Source: Bugula neritina (taxonomy: Eukaryota > Animalia > Bryozoa). Taken from it: a stretch of 64,000 nucleotides of DNA. The position numbers and the translations under genes are program-made. Below the pieces are notes generated by a model. That model was not told the origin of the DNA. It did not search any database and saw only the letters and a list, made by a program, of their open reading frames with translations. The stretch covers positions 10,384,633-10,448,632 of the forward strand of contig OZ037769.1 in assembly GCA_964035545.1 (NCBI GenBank), read 5' to 3'. Of the stretch, positions 35,801 to 49,955 are shown one piece after another; positions within the stretch are counted from its first letter, which is position 1, and every line of letters begins with the position of its first letter.

Positions 35801-38800
35801 CAATAGGAGAGCAGTTCCAGCTGCAAACTCATCCAGCAAGGAGAATACAAAGAACCCACCCTGCAAGAATGAACCCATAAATTCAAATCATTGTGTAGTT
35901 CATAATCATTAGTTGTGTAGATAGAGATGGCCACAGTATACTAATTAGAATACGACGGAGCATTACTATAAACACCAAGCTAAGGAATAAAAAGAATTCA
36001 CCTACTTTTTGAAATTACCACAGCAATAGCTGACTTGATTTAGATAGAGTTATACCTGAGTTACAGTAGGTAGTGCGGCTAAAAAGGAGCCAGCCACTGT
36101 TACCAACATAAACAGCTCCCTGTGCCACTTATACTTCTTTAAGTGATCACCAAACTCATCTATAACTCCTGTAGCCACTGCCTCTAATCCTCCCATCTGT
36201 TGGCATATACAGTATGGTACAGAATGGGAGATGCACAATACAAACAAGTCATGCCATGTGTTGGTAACTTGTTGAGGAGTTTTGAACACAACATTATGAT
36301 GTCATTCACACATTTCATCTTCTACCAATAGATAATCTATGTTCTCTTGTTATTGGATATGGGCTAATGGAATTTGTACAAGTACAAACACACAATTTAG
36401 ACTTGGGTAATTGTAATAGTGATGACACAGGATAGCAAGCTTCTACTCTTGAAACTGATTATGTCGCAAAATAATGTTTAAATGTGTCAAATAATCTAAG
36501 TTATCACCACAATTAACACGAGAAAACCTTAACCCTAGTGCAGATAGAAAGAGGAGAGGGGACAACTCAAAAAAGCATGTTAAAATACAATCTTATGGAA
36601 TACAAGAGCTATACTGTGTTGTCTTGCAAGTTCATGTTGCCTGTGGGTACACAGTTTAACAGCAGTACATATTAGTTGTTAATTAGTCCATAGAGTATAA
36701 CCAGTTTTATATTTAGAAACTAAATATAGGTCAACAGGAAACAGTGACCGCCCCTCTCAGGAGACACATCATACTCACTGAGCTGTCCATGCCCAGCATG
36801 ATTAACATGAAGAAGAACAGGAGAGACCAGAAGGTAGAGCCTGGTAGAGTTGCTATAGCCTGGGGATACACTTCAAACACCAGACTGGGTCCTACAAATA
36901 TAGCAGTATGTACTTAACCTGCATATAGACTGTGAATATACAGCTTTGTGATCAGACTATATAACTGCTATGTATGTAATTAGCAATGACATAGCCAATT
37001 AGATAGTTCATGACACTTCCTCAATGACAAACTTAAGCAAAGTATTTCTATTTTTATGAGCCATGTATTCGAGAAGTTCACAGCCATAAAGTACCGATGT
37101 AGCTGTAGCTGAAAACAGAAATGCTGCAAATACAAACCATCAGATGCTACTGTCTCCATAGACTTGCCCATTGTCACAGACATATAACCGAGAAAGACAA
37201 AAACAGTGCAACCAGAAAACAGACTGGTGAATCCATTGACAACAGCAGTGACTATGCAGTCAAAGAAACAGTTGTTGTGGAATTTGTTGTAAGAGGCCAT
37301 TGCAAGGTGAACCCCAAAACCAGCACCAACTGAGTAGAATACTTGGGAAGCTGCATCCACCCACACCTACAAGCAAGATGTCCACTAACCGGTCAAATGG
37401 TACAATTAGTAACTTGTGGATTTATTTAAACTGAAGTAAAGTTTGCAATATGGAAACGGTGGATATCTGTGAGGTCTACACTACTTCCACAAGTGATTAA
37501 TTTTTGTTTCAAAGAGGTATTTGGGGCTCTGCTTATTTTATAAACAAAGTACTTTAATAATAAATCAAGAAAAATTTTCTCAAGGAGCGAAAACATGTAG
37601 TCGACTAAATACATTTCATTATCCATTTTATCAATAATAGTTTAATAAATAATAATCACAAAAAAATTCATAATAAAAACCACGTTGCTTAAAATTTGAA
37701 TTTTCAAATTCCGCTTAATTGCTTTTCATTTCTTATAACATATAATAGGCCAAAACAATATAGTATTTTCAGTCACACTTAACATGTTAATTTAGTTAAC
37801 CTATTTTAAGTTTTACTTTTGCTGTAATACTAAGGTGCTTCATCACTCATGAAAAAGGAAGGCAACTCCCAATAAATATCACGAACAATTAAAAGACTCA
37901 TTTTATGAAAGTAATTGCCTTTGTAATGCTTTTGAAAGAGAAAATGAAGAATTCTTCAAATAATGTATATTATATAAGCAAAGGTTTGTTGAACAACATG
38001 GAAAATATGAAAATGGTACATATTATAGTGTTATAATGAATGCATAATAATAATTAAAGTATTAAAGTTGATGAGAAAGTGAATTATGTTGCACACTAAC
38101 ATTTGGGTCATGGAGTCTCTTGAGGTTAGGTCTGATGAAGTAGAGCAGACCATCAGTAGCACCTTCTAGCAGGAGCCCTCTGATTAGCAATATGAGGAGT
38201 ATAACATATGGCATAACAGCAGTTACATACACCACCTGCAATACAATGTCATGTATGAAGGTAGTTACATACACCACCTGCAATACAATGTCATGTATGA
38301 AAGTAGTTACATACACCACCTGCAATACAGTGCACGATAGTAGTTATATACATAACCTGCAATACAGTGTCATAACATTAGTTACATACACCACCTGCAA
38401 TACAGTGTCATGGTTGCAGCAACCTACAGATGGCAATACAATGACACCATGCATAGATGACCCAAACCATCAAAAACTATATTTTATAATGTAGCAGGCT
38501 TCAAAATAATTCAACAAAACACAATTTATCAGCTAATTTATATTACTGGCTAGACTAAATAGTATACATGCTTATCAGATCGGTATTGCATAGTTAATAC
38601 AACATCGGTCTGTGTAGCTAAATTAATATAGCAGGGTTGTAACAGCAAAATACTTCCAAATAGCTCCAACCTGTTCAAGTATTAGTGCTGTGGACTTTGT
38701 ACTATATTTTGTTTATTATAAACATAGTGCAAAGGCTGTGTTATAACTTTTTATGATTTGTTTGTAACAAAGGAAAAGTAAATAAACTTAGTAATCAAAG

Positions 38801-41800
38801 TTGCTATTCAAAGAAATATACTGGAAGCAATCAAAGTAGACATCCAAACAATGACATTTGCCACTATAACTTACAGCAAAACTACTATTTGTTTATCTTA
38901 CTGCCATTCTAGTCACTTCAGCTGACACATTAATATTGACACCAAGTAGCCTCAGTTTCAACATATTCAATTTTAAAGTTTTATTGGGCAGCAGTTCATT
39001 TCAACATAAGGTGATGGAAATTCCTTTATTTCATTGAATGTAATCACAATGCTTTACAAAACACCTTATTATTATTAGCAATATAATAATTAACAAAAAT
39101 ATATGTATTTATGTTTATTTTAGTAATCAATTTTGCTAGCCTATCTGTGGTATTACCAGATATTTGTAGGCCCACTGATCACTGAATGGGAAGTTCACAA
39201 CTATGTTTGCATGACAATGTTTTAAGCATTTAGGTGCAGTAGTAGAGCAATTGAGAAAACCTAAATTCTTTAAATTTCTTTATAGATTTTGGTTTGGGGC
39301 GCAGGTTGAAATTTTTGCAAAAATACAACTTACTTTGCTACTTTTCTAATCTAAAACGCAGGCTTTTCCCAATTTCTCCATATTACTGCACCTATAACCT
39401 CGGTTTTTTAGTGCATGTGATCTAAGCCAATAGCAGCTTTTACTTAATTAGACTTGACTAATCAGAGTTGTAGTATTTTAAAATGTCAATCTAAATAAAC
39501 ATCATTATATTGGTCATGCAAGGTGGGGCATGTTTTTATATGTGCTAATACCCAGTGTTTGGGCAGTGCTGGTTCTATAGGTTAAAATTGTTGTTGGTCA
39601 CCTGCTGACTTCTACGGCAGCATTTAAAACTATATGCTGATTATAATCGTACAATAAATTGTTTATAAAGAATTTAAACAGTATAAATACTCTGCAGTCA
39701 CCAGATAAGGTTCAGATGACCTATTTTTGTGAAATAGTAGTATAAGTTAATTTGAACAAATTCTAGAAACTCTCCTACCATTTCATATCATGCTGTAAAC
39801 TTGCAATATATAAATTAATGTATTCAACATAAACCCTTTAATGCCACCTGAATAATTCAACAAATACAAATTTACTGTCAAACAAAAATGTTGAGTTTTA
39901 TAAACTTTGTTTCAACATAAATTTGATTTTCAATCAGTGTCAATCACTTGATGTCTATTTATACAATATATCAGCTTGACATTGACATTAGCAGTACAAT
40001 CTGTTCACTTGGGCCATGCAGCATTACATATCAATATTAAAGTATTATGCAACCTTAATTTGTTTCAACTGACAGCTTTAACTTATTATATCATTAAAAG
40101 TTAATTCTATCTTATTTTATACATACCATATTTGGTATACTGACTATACATATCATAGTTGGTAACACTGACTACTGATACTTTAGAGTTTAGTACTTCA
40201 TCACAGCAAATGTTGGCTTAAAATATGGCAAAGATATTCAAAGAGATAATTTCACCATGAAACATACAGAAAGCATACAGTGAATATACAGTAAACATAC
40301 AGTAGATATACAATAAACATACAGTGAATATACAGTAAGCATACAGTGAATATACAGTAAACATACAGTGAATATACAGTAAACATACAGTGAATATACA
40401 GCAAACATGCAGTGAATATACAGTAAACATACAGTAGATATACAATAAACATACAGTAGATATACAGTAAACATACAGTGAATATACAGTAAACATACAG
40501 TGAATATACAGTAAACATATAGTAAATATACAGTAAAAGACAGTAAAAACATGGAGTAAACATACAGTTAACTTTTACACTTATAACATTATTGCTATAT
40601 TTATTATACTCAGTTTTTATTACCAGAATTATTATTTGTCCTTGATTATTATTATTATTAAAAGCATGATTGATTCTTTGTTTGCAATTTCATCACTACA
40701 GTTTACTATTGGATAGAGATTTGAACTCTAGTACCCCTCTTAGCAGTAAAGAGAGAGAGAGAGAGCACATATTCAATACACTACAACTGTAAGAAGAGAA
40801 GGATAAAACAGTGAGCACACTACAGGAGTATATTCTACACCACTAAGTTGGTGCTGCAAGGAGCTCAAACTCCAGCAATGTCTTGCCAGGCTAAAATAAA
40901 CTGTAGCCTGTATGGTAGATTGCAGAATGCAAGGAAAGCTCAAAAGTGGCTATTAAAATGTGCATGCCTAAGGGGTTTTATAGTCTTTGATATAAATTAG
41001 TCAATCAAACTGAAAAATGCTCCATGCTTAAAAACAGACAATAAATAAATACATGTCTCATTTAAAAGTCAAGATATGCCAAATTATTGGTTGAATAACA
41101 AAACGTTCACCAGGAAGCACTTTATAATAAGAATTATATTAATTTTGACCATGAAATCTTTAATTTCTAATAGCAAAGAGTGAGACTTTATCAGTAGATA
41201 CCAGTTAGCTGTCAAACCAGATTAAACTGAATAATTAGTCGAAAACATTCTAAAATTTAGAATTAGATGTTCAAGTTGAACTTTTTTACACAAAACGATT
41301 TTATTGCATTATACAGAAATGTCTGTGGGTTGGAGTAGTTCAGGGTATAACGGAGGGATGCTCATTGATAAGGTGCACATCTATAAATATGCTAGAAAAC
41401 ATACTGCAAAGAAGGTAGATTTCAATTATACACATTGATGACAAATTAACTAGTGTTTAACAAATTACCTTTCCAGAAGTTTTGACACTTTTGAAGATAG
41501 AGAAGTAGACAATGACGTAAGCCAGGAGGAGACAAAGAGTGACATCCCATGCAGGTATCCCTAGGTCACCTATCCCTGAGCTGGAGTGGACTTTGAGCAT
41601 CCCTCTTCTACAGGTGTACATAATATGATACTGCAGAGGTACACATATACTCAACTTAGATATGATACTGCAGAGGTACACATATACTCAACTTAGATAT
41701 GATACTGCAGAGGTACACATATACTCAACTTAGATATGATACTGCAGAGGTACACGTATACTCAACTTAGATATGATACTGCAGAGGTACATGTATACTC

Positions 41801-44800
41801 AACTTAGATATTATACTTCTACCATTTAGCTTTAGGGGTTTAGGAATTTACCTGCATATTAATACAGGAAAGAATACCAGAAATGTGATAATATATTATA
41901 TCTAAGTTAAACATTTAAAATTCTAATGAGCTAGCAGGTTAAATTATAGAAACAAGATCATGAATAATAATTAAATATTTTAGATGAGAACCCTATTGAC
42001 TTTTCTTCGGCATCTTTTTGGTTTCAAAAAGATGTTTGCCGGAGAAGTTTAGTAAATTCCGGCAGTTGAACAATACTAGTATAACTCTGTAAGAAAAGTT
42101 GTAAACAATTTTCTCACTATATAAACAATAAAATCTTCAGGTTATTTAACTGAGCTCACTTTAACAGAAAAACATAATTAAAAGTAATATGTATGAATAA
42201 GCAAGAATATATATATGTTGACAGGGTCAGCGTATTAGCAGGTGGTATTATCTAGTCCTATTGAGTACCTATATATCTCTCCAAGGTGCTTATATTGTGG
42301 CCTCAGATATTGTTATTACTATACAGTATACATGCTACTGTTGCTACTGAATTCTCATTGCGCGTGTTAATACTTAAGGTGAAGGTCTAGTAAAGAACAA
42401 ACTCACCCCAAAGGGCATGTAAATCCTTGAAATTTCGCCTTTTAAAAGTGATTGCTGAGCTATTATAACAGTGTGAAGGACAACACAAACCTTGCGCATT
42501 AACAAAGAGTATTACGTATGACCTACTCGAAATACTCTTTGGTTGGGTGCACCATAGCTGTCTTGTTTATATCTGGATTAGATATGTTGAAGCACCCTTC
42601 TTTAAATGCAGTGGTTGAGTTTGTTGAGTTGGTCTCGCCAGTCCAACAATGGCATGTGTTCCATTTGTTATTGCATGATGTCCAGGGTAAATGCGCCGTA
42701 AATGAGGAGAAGAAATAGTAAAGTGACCAGGCTATGATTGTATTGTAGTAGAAGGAGACGAGGTAGGATATGGTTACTATTGTCCATCCTATACCTACAA
42801 GCACAGTTTGAATAACCAGTCGTAACTTATTCTTGTCAAGAAGTGTAAATGTGTCAACATTTCCTAAAGCTTGATAATACTTGAGAAGAAAAATGATCTA
42901 AAAAGGCTAGCAAACTAACAATGTAGACATGTTTAAAGCTCACTGATAAATACGCCTTAGTTCCATGCAGAGCACAGCATATTAAGCTAGCCTAGTATAA
43001 ACTCTGCCTGCTCTCACATCCCTTCTCACCATATTATACATACCAGCATTGTAAAATACTGCATACGTTTACACTCACTATCTATCTCATACCATTCAGT
43101 ACTGTAAAGCCAACTAAAAGTCTCATGCCTGAGAACTTTACATTTGGCCTTAGGATCCTGAGGCTGTGTATAACATAACAGTTGATGACCAGAAAGCTAA
43201 TGCTTAGATTGCAGCAGCAAAGTAGAAGTTCCAATTTGTAGAGCTGAATCGAAATAAAATGTGCTACTGGTGGCTTACTATGAGTGAGAAAATGAAATTT
43301 GAATATCTAATCAAAATATTCACCATATTAACTAGGATTCATTTTACAGTATAAACATCAACATCTTCTGGTTCTAAAGTTGATATATTTATTACACATT
43401 TTTAAACTAATTAGAAAATAATTTTCAATGCTTTTATTTCTCCCATACCAACTGCCACAGCTCATTCACCATATTATTATAAAATGTAAAAACAGTAAAA
43501 TAGTTTAAATAAATTGGCTAGTGATCACTGGGAAGGGAATAACATAATTTACAGTTGATGCTGAGTTATGAATCACCAGCTGCAGGAAAAGAAACTTTGG
43601 CATTTGATTTCTAAAAGAATGTTATTCAGTATAAATTAATGCAAATTTCTTCATTCTACCACATTGTAAATTAAAACTACTCCATGTAATATAAAAAATA
43701 GAGTATTAGCACAACGTTTGCTCATTGAAAAATGTCTAATAAATATAAAACCCAGTCATAAGTCAAAAATCTTGGGTTATAAACTTCATAATAAGTGCAT
43801 TTACAGATTGCATGGCAAATTTAACCAATTTTCTTATTAAAGTCATCAAGGAGTTACCAGTCTAAACCCACTGTTTGGATTATACTCTTTAACATTTGAG
43901 CACATATTCAACGCATGGAAAAAGCCCTTTTTTATGTTAGAATATAATAATATAATATATAAACATGTTGATTATGGTATTGAATAAATCAGTTAGCAGA
44001 AGCAGAAAAGGTTTAGTTAAATCCACCATATCAAACAACCTACAATAAATTGTTGATAACAAAGAAGTTGGAACATGCTACCAAACAGCATGCTCTATCA
44101 AACTAAATCATCATAAGTAAATTTTTCTAGGGGAATTTCAACACAGTTTTAAACAAATTAACAATCTTTTATAAACGTGGTTAGAATGGATAACTTTGTC
44201 TATGAATAGAAAGTTTATTAAAAGTGTAAATTCAGGCCAGCTAGAAGTACTCGTCAACATTTTATCATAAGTTTGTGAATATTTATTTCTAGTTGCTAAA
44301 GACAATGATGCTCCATATATGTGTTAATAAAATGGAAGAAGTGTTAGCTGAATTATACCAAGTAAATATTGCCGGATCCTCAACGTACCGGTAAATCATG
44401 TGCCAGGTTTCTTATCTGTTGGGATTTCATAAATTATCTCCTTAAGAAGATTTTATTGATAACGGCAGCTTCATATCTTCAAGCTGAATTTGTTAAATTA
44501 AAAACTGTAGAGGTGTCAATAATTTCAAGGCCACAACGACTTCTATTACTAGTTGAATCTTTACTTATCAAATTATAGATTTAGGAGTCAAAATAAAATA
44601 TGCATTTAAGTAAAAAATTGTTGTATTGTTGAAGATTTTGTTCATTTACTGAAATTGTCTACCACCAATTTGCACATTGTTTGTCTTGCTTCACTAGCAA
44701 AGTATTATGTATCATGCTGTGATTATCCTGATAGAAACCATGCCAATCTTAAACTTGGAATTGTTTGACGTTTCAAGTTTTTTTTCAGTCACAACAATTT

Positions 44801-46671
44801 CAAGTCATTACTTTGTGTTGCTCATACAAGTAGACAAGTCTCAAAATTGTAAAGAGTAGATCTTGTCAAGTGTTCCTTCTTTACTGACTAGTGTCCCTAA
44901 TATTCTAAACTGGTGAGTAAGACTACATCCTGCAGTATCTGTCACTAACGTGTCACTAACGTGTCACTAACGTGTCACTAACGTGTCACTAACTTGTCAC
45001 CAACTTGTCACTAGCCTGTCACTAACTTGTCACTAGCCCATCACTAGCCTGTCACTAACTTGTCACTAACTCGTCACTAGCCTGTCACTAACTTTTCACT
45101 AGCTTGCCAATAACATGTCACTAACTTGTCAATAGCCTGTCACTAGTCTGTCACTAACTTGTCACTAGCCTGTCACTAACTCGTCACTAGCCTGTCACTA
45201 ACTTGTCACTAGCCTGTCACTAACTCGTCACTAGCCTGTCACTAACTTGTCACTAACTTGTCACTAGCCTGTCACTAATCTGTCACTAACCTGTCACTAG
45301 CCTGTCACTAGTCTGTCACTAGCCTGTCACTAACTCGTCACTATCCTGTCACTAACTTGTCACTAACTTGCCAATAACTTGTCAATAACTTGTCACTAAC
45401 CTGTCACTAGGCTGTCACTAACTTGTCACTAACTTGTCAGCTGCATGTCACTATCTTGTCACTAACTAGTCATTAACTTAATATTAACTTTCAAAACCTA
45501 CTTTAGAATGAGAGGCAGCCAGCATTACTTTCAATACATTTCATTATTGCAGGGGGAGGGGCCTGTATCCAAAGGCTATATGTGTGTAGATGAAGTGTTG
45601 GACTGGTGCCAAAGTGTAGTATCATTAAAATTGAATAACTTGACAGAATAAAAGCCCCACATATTCAGGGTGTACCCATGATCTTCAGGTCTAAATGAAT
45701 AAACTAAAGGACAGCGTAGAAACCCACTCGCATAGTGTGGGTTTATAATGTTAGGAATTGCAGCTAGTTTGAAATGGGACTGCTTTATTTTATAGTTAAA
45801 CAAATTCTGCATCAAGGTCAGTGAGACATGATTACCTTTAAATATGGGAACTATCTTCCATAGACTGATGGCTCCTTGCTGGTGATATTGCCCCAACAGT
45901 AGCTCCATATATAGCAACGGTACAGCTCCCAACACCTGCATCAGTGCATAGGGTATAAGGAACGCTCCTAAGTTGCAAAACCAAAATGAAGTAAGCACAG
46001 GTAAGAAGAACTAGTTGATATAATCATTTGGAATAAAATTCACTGTAAGTCAAAACAAGTAAAACGATCAAGTTAAATCATGCAAAAAGTATATAATCTT
46101 GATTAACAACAAATGCAAATGAGATTAACAGCAGAATTCAGTAGTTTTCGGTGCCAGGCTAGTTAAATTTTAAATAGCAGTTAGAACTGTGGTTTTCCAT
46201 TTCTCAGCTATATATATTTGTACAATTTGCGCTACTGACAAATTACTCATGTTGTAAAATAAAGTTCAGTTAAATATTCTAAACTACAACTAAACTAAAT
46301 AAAGCTAAACTTAGAGTGTGTTGGTTACACTGGCTATGATTGTTTGCAGTGCATCCTGTGATTTGTAAGATAACTTTTTAGAGAAAATGGTAAACAAAGA
46401 GATAAGCTTTCATCGCTTTGAATCGAGCATGTTAAACCTGTTCTTTCTCACCTCCTCCATTCTTGTAACACAAGTAAGGAAACCTCCAGACATTAGCCAG
46501 GTCTACAGCAAAGCCAATTATACTGAGCAGAAAGTCGGCTTTACGGCCCCATTTCTCACGTTCAGGTTTCTTTTCCACACTAAAGTCAGCTTGTTTTGCA
46601 GGATCACAGGCTTCTTTTTCGATAAAGTTTTGATAGACACTGTGACTATTTAGTTCTTCTTGGCGTTTCAT
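32818..46671 (-). CDS. SLC6 Na+/Cl--dependent monoamine transporter (dopamine/noradrenaline/octopamine-transporter-like), 12 coding exons
   Basis: Phase-consistent GT-AG exons: 46452-46676 (ATG 46671), 45836-45967, 42527-42794, 41469-41607, 38101-38235, 37138-37366, 36779-36891, 36056-36196, 35761-35860, 35276-35376, 34070-34333, 32818-32940 (TAA). Motifs [26 protein letters not shown] (TM1 Asp of monoamine transporters), FYYN, LGMDSSMGG and C-terminal LHHW are typical of DAT/NET rather than SERT. Confidence 0.93.
32995..33867. repeat. 25-bp minisatellite (TATTACTATAAGTATACATACTCTA), ~35 copies
   Basis: Direct reading; last SLC6 intron. Confidence 0.97.
34626..35065. repeat. 19-bp minisatellite (GTACAGAGATACTGTGGTG), ~23 copies
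   Basis: Direct reading. Confidence 0.97.
38220..38420. repeat. 37-42-bp tandem repeat containing the splice acceptor and exon start
   Basis: Minus-strand TATTGCAG|GT(G/T) occurs at 38235, 38277, 38319, 38356 and 38394. Confidence 0.92.
39231..39394. mobile_element. Small MITE-like inverted-repeat element
   Basis: TAGGTGCAGTAGTAGAGCAATTGAGAAAACCT ... AGGCTTTTCCCAATTTCTCCATATTACTGCACCTA form imperfect ~33-bp TIRs bounded by TA. Confidence 0.65.
40260..40568. repeat. 22-bp minisatellite (CATACAGTGAATATACAGTAAA)
   Basis: Direct reading. Confidence 0.95.
41623..41815. repeat. 37-bp minisatellite, ~5 copies, next to an exon acceptor
   Basis: ATATGATACTGCAGAGGTACACATATACTCAACTTAG units. Confidence 0.95.
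44940..45475. repeat. 11-bp minisatellite (TGTCACTAACT / TGTCACTAGCC)
   Basis: Direct reading. Confidence 0.95.
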
Positions 46672-47864
46672 GGTCTCTACAGAAATGATGAGAACTGCAG
46701 GGAAGTTACCATAAAACTGCCATCTTATGACAGCAGCTACTGATTCTATGGGCTTTCACTTACTCCACAACTCATTTTATTGAACACCTAGCCAAAATAA
46801 TTTCTAAAATAAATCATGGAAAACATAACAATCAAAATGCAATAGGTCAATAATACGCAGTAGTGTGCTTTGGCAGACTTCAGCAAAACCCTGTCAAAAC
46901 TTGGCAGTTGGTTTACTCAGTAGAACTGGATATATAAACATACAAACATTCAACTGTCTCTAACATGGAATACATTAATCAGTTTCTTACCTACCAAAGC
47001 AAACTTTTCATGTAAAAGTGTTTATTTGATTTGTCTATGAGTTAGCATTAGAATATACACAAAAGGTAGTGGCAATCAAATGCACTTCCATCAAATCAAT
47101 GTAAAACCTTAAGTGCCTTTATCGATCAAGGTAAATATACTGTATATAATATGATTTCTTTAAATTAGTAATGGCAAGATGTTATCACCTGCAATTTATG
47201 AAGATAAGAAAATAATTAGGTTGCAAATTAATACAAGCTAATGAGACTTAGAAGGAAAATCAATTTCAATAATTTGATTGAACTGTTGAATAACAATAAT
47301 TATTTACATTACAAACAACCATGATTTGACTTTTCAATGAGTATTATGATACACTAGATTTACATCTGCTAGATACTGCATTATCATTACTGCATGTAGC
47401 ACAAGCCTCCAGGCTGGCAATTAGAATCACTAAATAGAAAAAATGGCAGTTGTCATCTCATTAGCAACATAATTTTAACAATATGGAAGTAAAATAATCA
47501 CATTCACTCAGGAAAAGTTATACAATTTTGAAATCAAATAATTAGTTTACTGACACAACTTTGTGCAAACAATTATTTACCCTGGGCTCTTCACAAATAG
47601 CTTAAAATAGTTTTAATATAAATTGTTATATCTTTATAGTATATATTCTAAGATTTATTTATTTGCAATTTGCAAGTCAGCCCAGAAGTAAATCCCTGAC
47701 TGCAGCTATAGTAAGGGAAACCACAACTCTTTAAAGGCGACAGAATGCATTGGAGTAGAAATCTGGAGCTTTAAAAATATACCCAGTTTTTCAAGTTAAA
47801 AACTGAATTATTAAATTATTATAACATATATAACTTGGTGAGAAGAGAATGGCTTACAGTAGCC

Positions 47865-49215
47865 TACATACTGTATGGTATAGTATATGTAAGGTAACAT
47901 ACTGTATGGTATAGTATATGTAAGGTAACATACTGTATAGTATAGTATGTGTAAGGTAACGTACTGTATAGGGTAGTATATATGTAAGGTAACATACTGT
48001 ATGGTATAGCATATGTAAGGTAACATACTGTATAGGGTAGTATATATGTAAGGTAACGTACTGTATAGTATAGTATATGTAAGGTAACATACTGTATAGT
48101 ATAGTATATGTAAGGTAACATACTGTATAGTATAGTATATGTAAGGTAACACACTGTATAGTATAGTATATGTAAGGTAACACACTGTATAGTATAGTAT
48201 AGTATGTGTAAGGTAACGTACTGTATAGGGTAGTATATATGTAAGGTAACACACTGTATAGTATAGTATATGTAAGGTAACACACTGTATAGTATAGTAT
48301 AGTATGTGTAAGGTAACGTACTGTATAGGGTAGTATATATGTAAGGTAATATACTGTATGGTATAGCATATGTAAGGTAACATACTGTATAGGGTAGTAT
48401 ATATGTAAGGTAACGTACTGTATAGTATATGTAAGGTAACGTACTGTATAGTATAGTATATGTAAGGTAACGTACTGTATAGTTAGTATATATGTAAGGT
48501 AACATACTGTATAGTATAGTATATGTAAGGTAACATACTGTATAGTATAGTATATGTAAGGTAACATACTGTATAGTATAGTATATGTAAGGTAACATAC
48601 TGTATAGTATAGTATATGTAAGGTAACATACTGTATAGTATAGTATGTGTAAGGTAACGTACTGTATAGGGTAGTATATATGTAAGGTAATATACTGTAT
48701 GGTATAGCATATGTAAGGTAACATACTGTATAGGGTAGTATATATGTAAGGTAATGTACTGTATAGTATAGTATATGTAAGGTAACGTACTGTATAGTAT
48801 AGTATATGTAAGGTAACACACTGTATAGTATAGTATATGTAAGGTAACACACTGTATAGTATAGTATATGTAAGGTAACATACTGTATAGTATAGTATAT
48901 GTAAGGTAACATACTGTATAGTATAGTATATGTAAGGTAACGTACTGTATAGTTAGTATATATGTAAGGTAACGTACTGTATAGTATAGTATATATGTAA
49001 GGTAACGTACTGTATAGTATAGTATATGTAAGGTAACACACTGTATAGTATAGTATATGTAAGGTAACATACTGTATAGTATAGTATATGTAAGGTAACG
49101 TACTGTATAGTTAGTATATATGTAAGGTAACGTACCGTATAGTATAGTATATATGTAAGGTAACGTACTGTATAGTATAGTATATGTAAGGTAACACACT
49201 GTATAGTATAGTATA
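47865..49215. repeat. ~31-33-bp minisatellite (GTATAGTATAGTATATGTAAGGTAACATACT variants), ~40 copies
   Basis: Direct reading; variant units recur in higher-order blocks. Confidence 0.97.
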
Positions 49216-49221
49216 GCTCAC

Positions 49222-49343
49222 CTTTATTTGATTTCCCGCTATCTACACTCAGGTCGACAACTTCCTGATGATTTGCAGAGAAGCCATGACCTTCGGGGCC
49301 TTCTATCCCTGGACTTATGACAAATACTCCAACCTTGTTATTC
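49222..49343 (-). other. Probable upstream exon of the SLC6 gene (5' UTR or N-terminal extension)
   Basis: ACAG| acceptor and |GTGAGC donor; a stop-free frame splices in phase to the exon starting at 46676, but it has no in-frame ATG. Weaker candidate exons lie near 50916-51041 and 53267. Confidence 0.5.
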
Positions 49344-49629
49344 CTGTGTACAGATAAACTATTATGGATATCACATGGTACCTGGAGGTATTACACTATA
49401 ACTGCTCCTACTACTATGCTGTCAATTGTTGAAATAAATTTAGGCCCCGCCTTCAATAACTATGATATTACATATTACAAAGTACAATTAGGGCACCCAA
49501 ATGTCTACAACCAATAATTGATTTTAAGAACCCAACAGCAATATAGCGACACATTTTATTTAAATCTTTGCTACATCAAGTTAGTATAGTGGCAGCAATA
49601 CAGTGATAGTAATACAGTAACAGCAATAG

Positions 49630-49955
49630 AGTGGCAGTGGTATAGTGGCAGTGGTATAGTGGCAGTGGTATAGTGGTAGTGGTATAGTGGTAGTGGTATA
49701 GTGGTAGTGGTATAGTGGTAGTGGTATAGTGGTAGTGGTATAGTGGTAGTGGTATAGTGGCAGTGGTATAATGGTAGTGATATAGTGGTAGTGGTATAGT
49801 GGCAGTGGTAAAGTGTTATAGTGGTAAAGTGATAGTGGTAAAGTGGTAGTGGTATAGTGGTAGTGGTATAGTGGTAGTGGTATAGTGGTATAGTGGTAGT
49901 GGTATAGTGGTATAGTGGTAAAGTGGTATAGTGATAGTGGTATAGTAGTAGTGAT
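49630..49955. repeat. 14-bp repeat (GTGGTATAGTGGTA)
   Basis: Direct reading. Confidence 0.95.

Noticed and set aside
44940-45475. Branch-point (CACTAAC) array
   Set aside because: The motif is on the strand opposite to the host transcript.
47811-49199. Long Tyr/Thr/Ile-rich ORFs (also 34592-35106, 40218-40563, 49571-50014, 62519-63198)
   Set aside because: Artefacts of stop-free minisatellites that are open in several frames.
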